Assembly (NCBI RefSeq): GCF_001194135.2
Contig: NC_068993.1
Location: forward strand, 42,895,915-42,959,914
Length of the DNA stretch: 64,000 bases
From: Octopus bimaculoides
Lineage: Eukaryota
Reading direction: 5' to 3'
The position numbers and the translations under genes were made by a program. A model generated the notes under the pieces. The model did not search any database. It saw only the letters and a list, made by a program, of their open reading frames with translations, and had not been told where the DNA came from. Each line of letters begins with the position of its first letter. Position 1 is the stretch's first letter. Of the stretch, positions 37,206 to 50,500 are shown piece by piece.

Positions 37206-38772
37206 AATATTGGTATGCAGGCTTCTTCCTCATTATAAATATGTATGGGCATAATACATGAGCGGTCTATAGGCGTATATATAGGTATGTGTATATTTAT
37301 AAAAATTATATATACACACACATATATTAATCAATGTATACAATATGAGTGTGTGTGTACATACATATATACGTACACACACGTACATACATGCAAACAT
37401 ACATGCATGCGCGCATACATACATCTAATGTGTGTGCGTCTGTGCCGAAACCATAGTGATATCCAGTGAAGTGGCTGATGATGGGATGTCATTGTATATT
37501 AGATAACATTGTTGCTGCTGTGATATTTAAGTATTTGTTTCTTCATTATTCTCTTTGATGTACTATTTATGTAGTTCGACTTACTGATGTTATCCTTAAT
37601 TGTACTCATTAATATTTCGGGATGTTATATTACCTGGCATAGGTCTTGATACAGTTTATAGCTTATTCATATATCATACATATATTCATACATATATTCA
37701 TATTCATACATATATTCATACACCAAATGGCTCTAAGAAACATATTATTTACCACATTGGCACAGGCTGAAATCCATTCGGTATCTATGTCTAGCATAAG
37801 GCGCAAGTCATTAGTGCTCTCACTATAATTATATTTATGTAATTATATTTCTTGTATTATTTGTTACCTACATGTTTTATTACATACTGGCTACTTCATA
37901 AAATCTTGCATATATTTTATCCTTGATTATATATATATATATATACACATACACATTTTATATAATCTTCAAAATATAACGTAAGGCAAGTACAGAGCGT
38001 AATATGAAATTATATATGCTGACAAAGGGACAGGAATTGCGTAACCGACTTCATTAGCTTAAAGCTGTTTTTGATCCAAGGGCAAGTGCACTCAGAGCTG
38101 AGTACCTGTACCTCACCTTATAACTACCTCACAATACATACATACATACATTCATACATATAAATATATATATATATNNNNNNNNNNNNNNNNNNNNNNN
38201 NNNNNNNNNNNNNNNNNNNNNNNNNNNNNNNNNNNNNNNNNNNNNNNNNNNNNNNNNNNNNNNNNNNNNNNNNNNNNNNNNNNNNNNNNNNNNNNNNNNN
38301 NNNNNNNNNNNNNNNNNNNNNNNNNNNNNNNNNNNNNNNNNNNNNNNNNNNNNNNNNNNNNNNNNNNNNNNNNNNNNNNNNNNNNNNNNNNNNNNNNNNN
38401 NNNNNNNNNNNNNNNNNNNNNNNNNNNNNNNNNNNNNNNNNNNNNNNNNNNNNNNGTATAATATAAAGTAAATATCATAAGATAAATATAATAAAAAGAT
38501 TATTTATTATTTTTATTATATTTTTATTATATTTATCTTATGATATTTACTTTACTTTATATTATACTCATTTATTGTGCTTTTAATTACTAATTTTTCT
38601 ATATGTGATAGTGGATTTTCATCGATGAGTTCTTGAAAATTGGTTATTTTCCCTAAAACTATATATTTCATATATACTTTATCTATAAGGCTCAATTTAA
38701 TTTTAATTTTTTATAAATTGATTTTAATTGAGTTTTTTTACCTGTAATTTTGGATTTTGTCCCTAATATTAT

Positions 38773-38808
<36 letters not shown>

Positions 38809-39116
38809 CACACATACATAGGCGCATATGCATTTATGCATATATAATACTTCATTTCTACATATAATTTTATCTCAAAAACTGGGTAGTTTCGATCATA
38901 AATGGGCGTTTTGTAATTTTTACTTTCGGAACATTAATTACAGAGCTGCTGTCAGTAAATTTGTATTTAAACAATTGATATGCCTTAAAGTGAACAAGTT
39001 TGTAAAATACTTTTGCACTGCAGAATATAACAGCTTCGTCGTCGCTGTCGCTGCAGACGTCATCGTCACCATCATCATCATCGTCATCTACATTATTTCA
39101 TAATTAAAGTTGTTTT

Positions 39117-39975
39117 AAGGCGGCGAGCTGGGAAAATCGTTAGCATGCCGGTCAAAATGCTTAGCAGCATTTCGTCTATCTTTTCGTTCTGAGTTCAAAT
39201 TCCGCCAAAGTCGACTTTGCCTTTCATCCATTGGGTCGATAAAATAAGTATCAGTTGAGCACTGGGGTTAATGGAACAGACTAGTCCCTTCATCGAAATT
39301 TCAGACCGTGTGCCTACAGTAGAAAGGATTATCAAATACGTAAGACGATGAGGAGACAAAATCCTTAGCTAGTCGGACAATATGCCTTGCAGCATTTCTT
39401 CCGACTTCTTAAGTTCTGAGTTCAAATTCCATCGAGATCGACTTCAACTTGCATCGTTTTGGGATCAATAAAGTTGAGCATTGAGTAAGAGTGGAGAAAA
39501 TATATAATCGACTTCGCTATCTTCTCAAAATTGTTGACCTTGTGCCAACATTAGAAAGAATTATTAAAGACTTACTAAGCTCGCGAATCGTTTGAATGCT
39601 GAGGAAAATACTTTGTGGTATTTGTTCCGGCTCTCTATGTTCTGAGTTCAATTCTGCCCAGATTACATTTAATTCCCATCCTTACTAAATCCCTGACATA
39701 ATGTACTGGTCAAGTACTGAGTTTGAATGGCTGCAGCAAACGTCCTTTCAATATTGCTGGACTAGGGTCAAAATTAGAAACTCTTATTAAAAACATACTG
39801 CCAGTTGGATTCGCTGAATTGGCAGATTAAGGATTAAATTCATGGCGGTATTTAAATATCTATATTTATACTCTTATTTTGTATCCCATCGAAGTCGTCT
39901 TTACCTTTCATCCCTCTGGGACCCGTGATATATATACTGAGATATTACTAATTGATGTTAACCCTCTGGCTGTGT
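39117..39975 (+). mobile_element. Head-to-tail array of 3-4 SINE family A copies of increasing divergence
   Basis: Core ttctgagttcaa(a)ttc at about 39190, 39415 and 39642, plus a degenerate copy near 39880. Confidence 0.85.
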
Positions 39976-40799
39976 CATAAGCCTTTTCATAAGTTAGTCC
40001 CAAACGTCCATGCTTGTTTTTAGACTTTTAGTAAGCCCTTGTTTCACATGTTCTAAGTAATAAACAGCCTTCTTTTCACATATCATAAGTTTCTCTAGTC
40101 GTTAGCAAAAATTAGAAATGAATATTATATATTATGCATGGACGCCAGGGAAATATGTTCTGTATATCACAGGACATGCAAAGAGTTAAGAAACGACCAA
40201 TAAAGTATAACGTAACAAATGAATTTATCATCGGTGATAATTACCCTTGACTTTTGGACCATTTCAAAAATGTTAACTCCTGGCTCTGGGGCCATTTCAT
40301 TTAACATTTGCAATTGAACATCAACCATCAAATTGGATGATCAAATATATTTATATGTATATTGTCTAAAACGGGATGTTTTCCTCACCACCGCTCTACT
40401 GGCTTTAAACCTTCCATTTCCGCCTATTTCAGAATGAGCTAATTTAGACCAAAATGGATGCAGATGCATGGAAAGAACGGGAAGTTGTTTGTCATCGTTG
40501 TCCGACATGTTGTTATTGCTCTTGTTTGTCACCGTTGTTACTGTTATCGAAAGCATTGTGATGGAATAATAAATGTAGATGAAGTATATTGGTTGCAGAG
40601 TCTTATGTGGTGTTTCAATATGTTGTTACTTTCATTGAAATACTATTTTTCTGCCTCAACACCACCACCACCATTTATACCAATACTCCCCATCTCAAAT
40701 ATTCCGTCTTAAAAACTGCTTCGATTGTTTCTTTCATAAAATTAAATGCTTCGTTTCACAACGAACTTGTAACACAGCCAGAAAGTTTGAGCTTCCAGT

Positions 40800-41310
40800 T
40801 GTTCTTCGTCTTGTTGCTGTAGTCATTGTTACATTTGTTGTTGCAGTCGTTGTTATTGTTGATTTTGTTGTTATAGCAATTATTGTTCTTGTTGCAGCTA
40901 TTGTTGTTGTTATTGTTGCAGCTATCGTTATTATTGCAGTTTTTATTGTTGTTGTTGCAATTTTGCTCTTATTATTATTGTCTTTGCTACAGTTGTTGTT
41001 GTTGTTGTTATTGTAGCTGTTATTCTTGTTGTTCAGTATTTATTGTTAACCGGATTATATTCAAACAGAGATAACTGGAAAACTGAGATGTAACAGATTT
41101 CAGATATTCTATAATTATATTTTTATTTATACAACAATGATACACAATATACCACTGTGCTATACAATATAAAGCTGAATTATATAATGTAATACAGTAA
41201 TACAATATGTTATACAATGTAATACAGTAATGTAAGGCTGTATTATATAATGTAACGAAGTAATGTAATATATTATATAATATAATACAGTGATAGATTA
41301 TGTTATATAG
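40800..41310. repeat. Degenerate (GTT)n tract followed by (TAATA)-like minisatellite
   Basis: Directly visible. Confidence 0.9.
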
Positions 41311-41659
41311 CTTAATGCTGTCGCAAAAACATTTCTCTACTTCGAGTGGTTATAATGAGGCAACGTATTCCTATATTTCCTTATTAACTACTTAATTTAT
41401 TCTATTTGTAGGAGATTGTTATTGCCAACAGGCGCTGCTTTTAAGTAAGAAAACTGGCAGACTGTCGGTATTGTTATTGGAGTTGTTGCTATTATTTAGC
41501 TCTATACCAGCGCTAATTGGGCAGGTCCAAACATCAAAAGCGTTTCTACCGTAACTATCCGGTCTAGTTTGCAGACAAAGTTTGTCTAGGAATGCGCTAT
41601 CCAACGTGTCTTTGTTAAAAGATATTGACATTTCGCTGAACAGAAATCTTTCGTCTTGA

Positions 41660-42800
41660 GGTGCAGGTATAACTGCGTGGTTAAGAAGTTCGCTTTGCAG
41701 CCATGCGCTTTCCGGTTCAGTACCATTGCACGATACCTTGGGCATGTCTTTTCTACTATAACTCCGGAACGACCAATGCCTTGCTAGTGAATTTGTGAAG
41801 CAGCCCGTCGTATATATAGATATATATATATATATATATATANNNNNNNNNNNNNNNNNNNNNNNNNNNNNNNNNNNNNNNNNNNNNNNNNNNNNNNNNN
41901 NNNNNNNNNNNNNNNNNNNNNNNNNNNNNNNNNNNNNNNNNNNNNNNNNNNNNNNNNNNNNNNNNNNNNNNNNNNNNNNNNNNNNNNNNNNNNNNNNNNN
42001 NNNNNNNNNNNNNNNNNNNNNNNNNNNNNNNNNNNNNNNNNNNNNNNNNNNNNNNNNNNNNNNNNNNNNNNNNNNNNNNNNNNNNNNNNNNNNNNNNNNN
42101 NNNNNNNNNNNNNNNNNNNNNNNNNNNNNNNNNNNNNNNNNNNNNNNNNNNNNNNNNNNNNNNNNNNNNNNNNNNNNNNNNNNNNNNNNNNNNNNNNNNN
42201 NNNNNNNNNNNNNNNNNNNNNNNNNNNNNNNNNNNNNNNNNNNNNNNNNNNNNNNNNNNNNNNNNNNNNNNNNNNNNNNNNNNNNNNNNNNNNNNNNNNN
42301 NNNNNNNNNNNNNNNNNNNNNNNNNNNNNNNNNNNNNNNNNNNNNNNNNNNNNNNNNNNNNNNNNNNNNNNNNNNNNNNNNNNNNNNNNNNNNNNNNNNN
42401 NNNNNNNNNNNNNNNNNNNNNNNNNNNNNNNNNNNNNNNNNNNNNNNNNNNNNNNNNNNNTATATATATATTACTGCTCCTTTTTATGTTCAGTTATAAG
42501 GAAAGCAATCTTGCATTAATTTGATGGGCTACTCTATACTTTTGTAGAGTACCAGTATATATGCATGTATGTATGGGCTTATATCTTTGTGTCTTTGTGT
42601 CTATGTTTCTCTATTCACCTGCACCACTTAACAATGGCTGTTGTTTTGTTTACTTTTCCGTCACCTAGCGTTTAGGCAATAGACACCGATAAAAAAAGAT
42701 AAGCACTGAGGTCGATTTTCTCGACTAAAACCATTGAAGGACGGCGCCCCAGCATGGCCGCAGTCCTTTGACTAAAACAAGAAAAAGATAAAAATAAAAC
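41660..42800 (+). mobile_element. SINE family B whose internal (TA)n spans the 41844-42460 gap
   Basis: Head at 41660-41810, tail at 42620-42790, same orientation. Confidence 0.75.
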
Positions 42801-44379
42801 GAAGTGTTAATAGTGTTGATGGTTTGATGTCTGTTGCTATTTTTCTCATTAGAAATTACGCCATATTCGTTTGTCTTTGGTTTCTAAAAGAATGAGAGTT
42901 AGAGCAGAGAGGTTTCTGTTATATGAACACGTGGTAAGATATCGCAAGGGAGATAAACACTTGTAGATAAATCCTAAATCACGATGGCATATAGTTTAGG
43001 TGCTTTGCAGGAGTACAGTGTAAAGCGTTGTAATATCAGTCAGTGGGAGAATTTGGACAACTTATATTTACTAAATAACCCATTATCCTAAAGAACAATT
43101 ACATTTTTATCCTTATTAACTCCTTCATTATGAAATGTGATACGTTACTATGTTCCAAGTAATAATACTACAGTACGCCTGACTCTAATGAAACCGAAGC
43201 TGAATGGTACCAAAAATAATTCTAGAAGGAGGTTTATATAGAATAAATTAGCTCATGTTTTCAATGGTGAGTTCAGAAATTCTTCATTAATTGGCCTTCT
43301 AATTTCTAGGCCCTTAATTTATTGTCAATGTGGACTTCTCTAATTCGTCTTAAATAACATGCTGACTTTACTTATTCAATAATACATGTATGTATATAGA
43401 TATGTGTATTTACATGTATATACACACACATATATATGTATTTGCATTATGAATGTATATGTATATGTGTGTTTATATATATATATACATGTATGCACAC
43501 ACATATTCATAAATATATATACAACGCTCCCCTAACTCCCCATACATACATGTATATGTGTATGCATATATGTATATAGAGAGAGACAGACAGGCAGACA
43601 GAAACAGAGAGAGTGAATGGGTGTAAGACAGGGGCGTATATTTATAAATTTTAATTTGTGTTTCGCACTCTTATTTAATTTTAATTCCCTCTAAAGTTCT
43701 AATTGTTTTCTAGTACCAGCAAATGGCACCCTACCATGCTCCTATCAGCGTTCCAGAACGTCCATTAGATTATTCGAATACATTTCATCTGGCTGGCAAT
43801 TTTAGATTATATTCGAAATTTAGGTTCCTTTCGAAAACGTCATCGTCGTCAAAGCTAACTCCACTGCAAATATATAGAAGAATGTAATTAACATAATATA
43901 TACGCAGAAATTTCATAATATAATCTAACTATTTTTTAATACATAAAGCTAACTGCATTCTCCATTAATATAGAACGAAATGGATTAAAAATAAAGGAAG
44001 CCGTTAATCAGATTGCTATAATCAGTCTGCTACCTTAGTTAGTAGTATTCAATGAGAAAATTGAGGTTAGTAAGAGAAATAAATGTTATTTGTCTGCTTC
44101 AGTCTGTCATTGGTATCCTACATAGATAAGTTGAGAGATTTTATGCTTGAGGCTAAAGAAAGAATTCACTGCTGATTTCTCTGTATGAAGACCCATATAA
44201 CTTGTGGCTGCTTTTATGTCTCTACATCGTGCAACAACTGCTGTTTCTTACTTATGGCTTATTTAATTCATAGTTTCAACTTCAAATGAAATATTTCTCG
44301 AAGAATATGATAGCTGTTATTTTCATTATAATTTGCTGAGCTTCGATGAAGGGCTACAGCCCAAATCTTTGCAGAGCCT

Positions 44380-44690
44380 CCGGTATCATTGATGTTGTTA
44401 ATGTTCCGTTCAAGACGTTGCAGATAATCACTGCAGGAAAGACATGGGCAGCGAGAAGAGTCCAGAGGGATCAATGTTCTGAAGGGGAAGGCTGGGTGTT
44501 GTGGATGATTAGTAAGGAGCTGCGAAGTGAGTCGGATGAAACAAGTGTAATAATGGCTGGAAAGTTGAATAAGTCGGGGACATCTGATTGGCGAAGCTCC
44601 AAGAGATCAGCAAGCTCCGAAGAATAGAGATCAATAGTGTAGTAGTAGAGAAGGCAGAGAGAGGAATCGTCGGTACGTCTATGGACCAGA
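44380..44690 (-). mobile_element. CR1/L2-group LINE ORF2 C-terminal fragment
   Basis: Minus strand SLVHRRTDDSSLCLLYYY..SSELADL ... SLWTLLAAHVFPA, then shifted DYLQRLERNINNI, matching the HRRxVSSLCLFY..CSSEL...SLWNSLPxxVFP..LQxFKxNIN end of invertebrate CR1-like ORF2. Confidence 0.7.
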
Positions 44691-44829
44691 GATGCGTTAC
44701 TTAAATTTATTAGCCGTCATAAATATTGCAGAACCGTTCTAACACACATTTATAAATCTCCCGTAATAACAGAAAATATGTAGGTAAATGGAACCTACTC
44801 ATTGCAATGTTATTATTTTAGTATTGAAG

Positions 44830-45045
44830 AATGCGGCGTGCAGTAAAAATCATGAGTGCGTCGGACAAAATGCTTAACGTCATTTCTTACGGCTCTTTTC
44901 CTTCAGAGTTCAAATTCCGAGCCCGACTTTGCCTTTATCCTTTCGGAGTCGATCAAATAAGTTCCATTTGAGTACAGCAGGTCGAAGTAGGCGACTAAAC
45001 CTCTCCTCCTAACATTGCTGGCGTGGTACTAACATTTGAAACTAG
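44830..45045 (+). mobile_element. SINE family A, degenerate
   Basis: Core cagagttcaaattccgagcccgactttgcctttatcctttcggagtcgatc. Confidence 0.8.
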
Positions 45046-45199
45046 TATTTTTGTATTGAAGTAACTTCCAGGATTGTGGAGCAACAGATGTGGAACAGAG
45101 TCTGATGAAATACCAGAAGTTGGTTTAATTGTTCACTGCATTAATTTCAAAAAAAGCCCTCTAGAAATTTACAAACAATATATCAGCCATATTTGTCTT

Positions 45200-45422
45200 T
45201 TATTTGTTTTAATTGATTCGGTCATTTGACAACGGCCATGCTGGAGCACCGTCTTAACAGGTTTTAGTCAGAGAAATTTCCCCCAGGACTTAGCCTTTGT
45301 AAGTATAGTACTTATTCTATCAGTCTATTCTGCCGAACCGTTAAGGTACATAAACACACCAAAATCGGTTGTCAATAGATGGTTGGGGCGGGGGGGTAAA
45401 CACAGATACATAGACATACACG

Positions 45423-45464
<42 letters not shown>

Positions 45465-45768
45465 CATATGCATAGTTGAAATTTACAGAAAGACAAAAGA
45501 CGAAGACAGGTGTATAAACAGCAAGCAGGTGTATTAGTTTGACGCTCGAGAAGGGGTAGAAAGTTTTTTACGTTTCGAGCCTACGCTCTTCAACAGAAAG
45601 GAACACGAGAAAATAAACAGAGGGAGAATAAAAAACACCTTTGGAGTTAGCGGTCTATCATGGCGACTGATATATATACATATATACGACGGGCTTCTTT
45701 CAGTTGTCGTCTACTAAACCCATGTGGTTAAGAAGCAAGCTTCTTACCACACAGCCACGCCTGCACCT
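45200..45768 (-). mobile_element. SINE family B (internally deleted) carrying a nested Penelope-like terminal fragment
   Basis: Tail 45200-45410, head 45685-45768; nested insert within the (TA)n. Confidence 0.8.
45472..45668 (-). mobile_element. Penelope-like terminal fragment with hammerhead-like motif
   Basis: Homologous to 5-200; minus strand CTGTTGA-a-GAGC-gtag-GCTC-GAAA-CGTA at 45570-45596. Confidence 0.6.
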
Positions 45769-45949
45769 ATTAAGAAATGCTTACCATTCTGCTAGTTTAC
45801 CACCATAAGGATAACTCTATAATATATTAAGGAAAATTCTAATATGTGTACTAGTCTCATGTAAAATCAGTAATCTTTGCCCATGCGAGAAATCCTTATT
45901 GTAGTACATGGAATCCGAATATCTGTTACACATACATTATTATTATCAT

Positions 45950-46225
45950 CAAGCGCCTGGACATTACTATTTCGAATCCTATAACCCATGGGATTTCCAC
46001 ATACACGGTATATAAGTGACCGAGATCAGAACATTCTTCTGAATAGGACGCCAATTCATTGCAGGATTACTCATTTACAGTTTAGTGGACTGGATCCATG
46101 TGAAAGTGAAGTGGTTTGCTAAAAAAAAAAAAAACTGTTGAACGTGTCGCTCCGTCCGAGGATCGAAACTACGTCTTGATTTTACGATCATATGTACAAC
46201 ACCCTCACCAATAAGCCATGCGCTA
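45950..46225 (-). mobile_element. Degenerate tRNA-derived SINE
   Basis: Minus head gcgcatggcttattggtgagggtgttg...gtagtttcgatcctcggacgg and conserved core ttactcatttacag.ttagtggactgg. Confidence 0.65.
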
Positions 46226-47396
46226 TCCGCTGTGCGAACACCTATTACAGCTATTTCATTTTACTCGTTTTAACAATGCTTTTAATACATTCATCAATAA
46301 TATACAACTTCCTCTGTAATATTTATTGACGATGTGCCATGGAGAACGAAGATCATGATGTGCAAATTGGGCTATATTCTGTTTAGCCATATATTGCTGA
46401 TATATTTTCACTCACGGCTTCCAGCACATGATTTCAGGCACACAGTTTCTGACACATCGCTTCCGGCACAACGCTTCCGGTCCAGAGCTTTCTGATCTGT
46501 TCTAAGAATGCATAACAGTTAATATTACATTCCAGTGAGTTCGAGACAGTAGTACGTGATGGAGTTCGTAGTGGTAGGTTGGGGGGGGGGGGAATGAGAG
46601 AAAATCGAATGGAAGTGAGAGAATACAGAGACTAAAAGGGAAAAGGAGGGTGTAATCGACATAGTGCTAGACAACCAGCCAATCACTCGACTTTTCTGTA
46701 GTTTACATATTGTGACAGACGACACATAACTCGACAAACCGATCCTCCAACTAGCTGTAGTTAAATACTGCTCGTTATTCCACCTTTATGAGACTTTGCA
46801 ACTGACTGAGGTTATTACACATTAAAGTACAAAGTAGAGAGAACTTGGGCTACGAATCAACGTTATGAACATTTATAAGATAATAATGAATTACAATAAT
46901 TTTTAAATGGATAATTTACATACAATAAGCAAAATTTTTTTGATAGTTTTCTTTTTAAACTAANNNNNNNNNNNNNNNNNNNNNNNNNNNNNNNNNNNNN
47001 NNNNNNNNNNNNNNNNNNNNNNNNNNNNNNNNNNNNNNNNNNNNNNNNNNNNNNNNNNNNNNNNNNNNNNNNNNNNNNNNNNNNNNNNNNNNNNNNNNNN
47101 NNNNNNNNNNNNNNNNNNNNNNNNNNNNNNNNNNNNNNNNNNNNNNNNNNNNNNNNNNNNNNNNNNNNNNNNNNNNNNNNNNNNNNNNNNNNNNNNNNNN
47201 NNNNNNNNNNNNNNNNNNNNNNNNNNNNNNNNNNNNNNNNNNNNNNNNNNNNNNNNNNNNNNNNNNNNNNATATATGCACACGCAGAGACCGATGTGTGT
47301 ATACACACAAACTCTCACACATATACATATATACACTACACATAATCGAGCAAGCATCTATCTATCAATCTATCTCTCTATCTATCTTTCTATTTA

Positions 47397-47448
<52 letters not shown>

Positions 47449-48300
47449 AATGTGTCTGCATGCATGTCAGTGCGTATGTCTCTGTATGCATATGTTTGTG
47501 TGCGAGTGTGTGTGTGTGTGTGTGAGTGTGTGTATGTGCATGTGCGTGTGTGTGTAGACCACCAACTTCCTTGCGTCTGACGGTCGGTTATCTTTTTAAG
47601 CTACGCATAATTATAAACAAACACTGCACTATCTAATATCCCATGACCCAGCAGACAAGTTTAACTGGGTGGCCACAGGCGGCGCTAGTGTGTCATTTCC
47701 CATCATCTCAATACTTAGATTCTGATGTGTTTTGCAGTTCCAGTGTTTTAGATAGATTTCTCGCCTATTTTACTTCTATTTATAGTTGTACTGTAAAGAA
47801 ATTAAACTGGAATATTAATGTGATTACCGAGAAGGATGGCGACCAAACTTTTAAGAACCGTCATGGAATTTCTCATCATAAAATTTGATGAAAAACTCTA
47901 CAAGCCAAGAAGGGCCTTATGAACATGAGGCTGTGCTTCCAAAAATCCTGGCTGACAAAATTCCCAGTCCCGAAAGCATATATGAAACAGCGGTGTATTG
48001 TTAATATGCTGTATAATAATAATGTGCATAGAGAAAACTTACCACTACACTATATATACCGAACACCAAGGAATACAGTTCTATAATAAACACTAAGAAT
48101 GAATTACTAGACATGTCGAATTCAGAGAAACCTGTTTAGATATTTATCACAGAATATAACATGAAAGAAATGCTCTGTGTTGTTTACATTTTATTACTCG
48201 GGTCGATAAATTAAGTACCAGTTGAACACTGCGGTCGTTGTAATCAATTAGTCCCCTCCCCCAAAATTGCTGCCCTCGAGGCAAAATTTGAAACCGTTAA

Positions 48301-48330
<30 letters not shown>

Positions 48331-48331
<1 letters not shown>

Positions 48332-48416
48332 TCATGTTTGACTTTTGCTTTGCATTTGTACAAGTTGGATCCAAGTCTCACCCAGAGACCTCAAGAGACA
48401 ACAAGTTAGAAGTTCA
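48331..48416 (-). mobile_element. Short 3' end of a non-LTR retroelement embedded in (TAA)n
   Basis: 86 bp unique core flanked on both sides by (ATT)n; minus strand ends in (AAT)n. Resemblance to R4/Dong-type TAA-targeting LINE tails is inference. Confidence 0.45.
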
Positions 48417-48822
48417 TTATTATTATTTTTTTTTTTTTTTTTGCTAAGGCGGGGAGCTAGTACAGTCGTTAGCATGACGGGCGAAATGTTTAGCGACCAG
48501 TTGAATCCTGGCATCGATCTATCTATTGGACGAACCCCCTCNNNNNNNNNNNNNNNNNNNNNNNNNNNNNNNNNNNNNNNNNNNNNNNNNNNNNNNNNNN
48601 NNNNNNNNNNNNNNNNNNNNNNNNNNNNNNNNNNNNNNNNNNNNNNNNNNNNNNNNNNNNNNNNNNNNNNNNNNNNNNNNNNNNNNNNNNNNNNNNNNNN
48701 NNNNNNNNNNNNNNNNNNNNNNNNNNNNNNNNNNNNNNNNNNNNNNNNNNNNNNNNNNNNNNNNNNNNNNNNNNNNNNNNNNNNNNNNNNNNNNNNNNNN
48801 NNNNNNNNNNNNNNNNNNNNNN

Positions 48823-48922
<100 letters not shown>

Positions 48923-48929
48923 TTTTTAG

Positions 48930-49155
48930 TTAAGGCGGCGAGCTGGCAGAGTTGTTAGCACGCTGGGCGAAATGTTTAATGTCATTCCGTCTGTCTTTAT
49001 GCTCTGAGTTCAAATTCCGCTGAGGTTGACTTCCGCCGAGGTTGACTTTGCTTTTCATCCTTTAGGGGTCGATAAATTAAATACCAGTGAAACACTGGGG
49101 TCGATGTCACCGACTAGTCCATTTCCCTTGTGCCTTTAGTAGAAAGGATTATTAT
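48930..49155 (+). mobile_element. SINE family A, full length
   Basis: taaggcggcgagctggcagag... core with a short internal duplication of (c)cgc.gaggttgactt. Confidence 0.9.
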
Positions 49156-50339
49156 TAAGCTTTTAGTCAAGAAACTAATGGGAAGGATGGAGTAAGGAAC
49201 CTTCAAACCGAACACTTGGTTCTAATACTTCAAGGTGCCAGATGGTGGCGTTAATTAGAGTAACAGATTCATTCGACAACCCAGTTAGAACATGACGGGA
49301 TTTGAACTCGAAATATAAAGAGTTTCAAGGTATTCAGTCCGACATTTTTAAAAATCCTCGATCCAACTGCTCTGGATCGTTACATTTTTATTGACTCCGA
49401 AAGGATTATTGGAAAGCCTAGTTCTACTTATGCAAATAAATGATAATTGTGGTGGGAGCGTCCTCCATTAAAGCCCACCTAGGATAACTAATATTGTCCA
49501 CACTAAAAAAAAAGGGGATAGTTTAAGTAATGCCTTACCTCGAAGTGTGAAAATGCAAACGACGGAAATACTGGCAATTACTTTCGACAATGTAATCGGG
49601 TATAAAAAGAGAGAGTTGTAATCTTTTACCTGAATATGCAAAAAAGAAAAAAAACATTTCTGAAAGTAAGGCTAAGGATATTGCAAGGCTTAAAGGAAAG
49701 AAATTTTGTTGAAGGAATGAATGTTACCCAAGCATTTCCTGTTGGGTATATAATTATTATGGATCTCGTTTTTGAGATATAGTTATGGACCCCAGAAGAA
49801 GAAAACAATGAAATTAATGTTGCTGACAATTAAAATGATAATATAACTGAAGGCATTACTTATTGATGAGTTGAGATTTATGAACTAACTAAACTACTAG
49901 AGCAACGTGACTTCATGTCAGTACAAGAAGTAGTGAATTGTCATTCGATGCATGCAAGACAAAACTAGAAAAGCTCATGGCACAGGCAAGAATAATGAGT
50001 CTTAGTGCAGTCATCTAGCTTTTCGAATTCCTTTAACATCAAATAACCTGGGAGTTTCAATTATCTGCATCACCTCGAGCCTCCGAGGTCACTGTCAATA
50101 CTGAAGCAACTAAAAATTTCTGATTGAATGTACTGTGTTGCTTTGGAAGAGGAAGTATTACAACAATGTCTCTGTATCAGCCTGTAGTTATTTGATTAAA
50201 GCAAATTAATTATCGTTATTTATTAATAACTTTTAATACGAAACCTTTGCGAGGCTCCATTTCTTATTTGATTTATTCTGAGACAAGAGATTATGTGGAT
50301 TTTCAAAGTGTTTAGGTTGAAAGTACAAGACTTCCTTCT

Positions 50340-50500
50340 AAACGTTACACCCGTCTGTGCCATTGGTACTTACTTTCAGCTGATTATACGAGAGCAACAT
50401 GAAATGAGGCGTCTTGCTCAAGAGTACAATATGCTATCCAAGCTCAGAATCGAACCCACGACTTAACAATCACCGCCCAACGCTTTAATCACTAGGTTAT
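50340..50500 (-). mobile_element. Degenerate tRNA-derived SINE
   Basis: gcaacatgaaatgaggcgtcttgctcaaga...cagaatcgaacccacg (reverse B box). Confidence 0.6.

Noticed and set aside
38124-38131. CTACCTCA (let-7 seed match; TGAGGTAG on minus)
   Set aside because: The remainder does not match let-7 and no precursor hairpin is present.
44268-44627. Initial reading of the CPCLSC-containing minus ORF as a Penelope GIY-YIG region
   Set aside because: The adjacent frame gives a better and longer match to a CR1-type ORF2 C-terminus.
46676-46686. AGCCAATCA CCAAT box
   Set aside because: Isolated short motif with no other promoter evidence.
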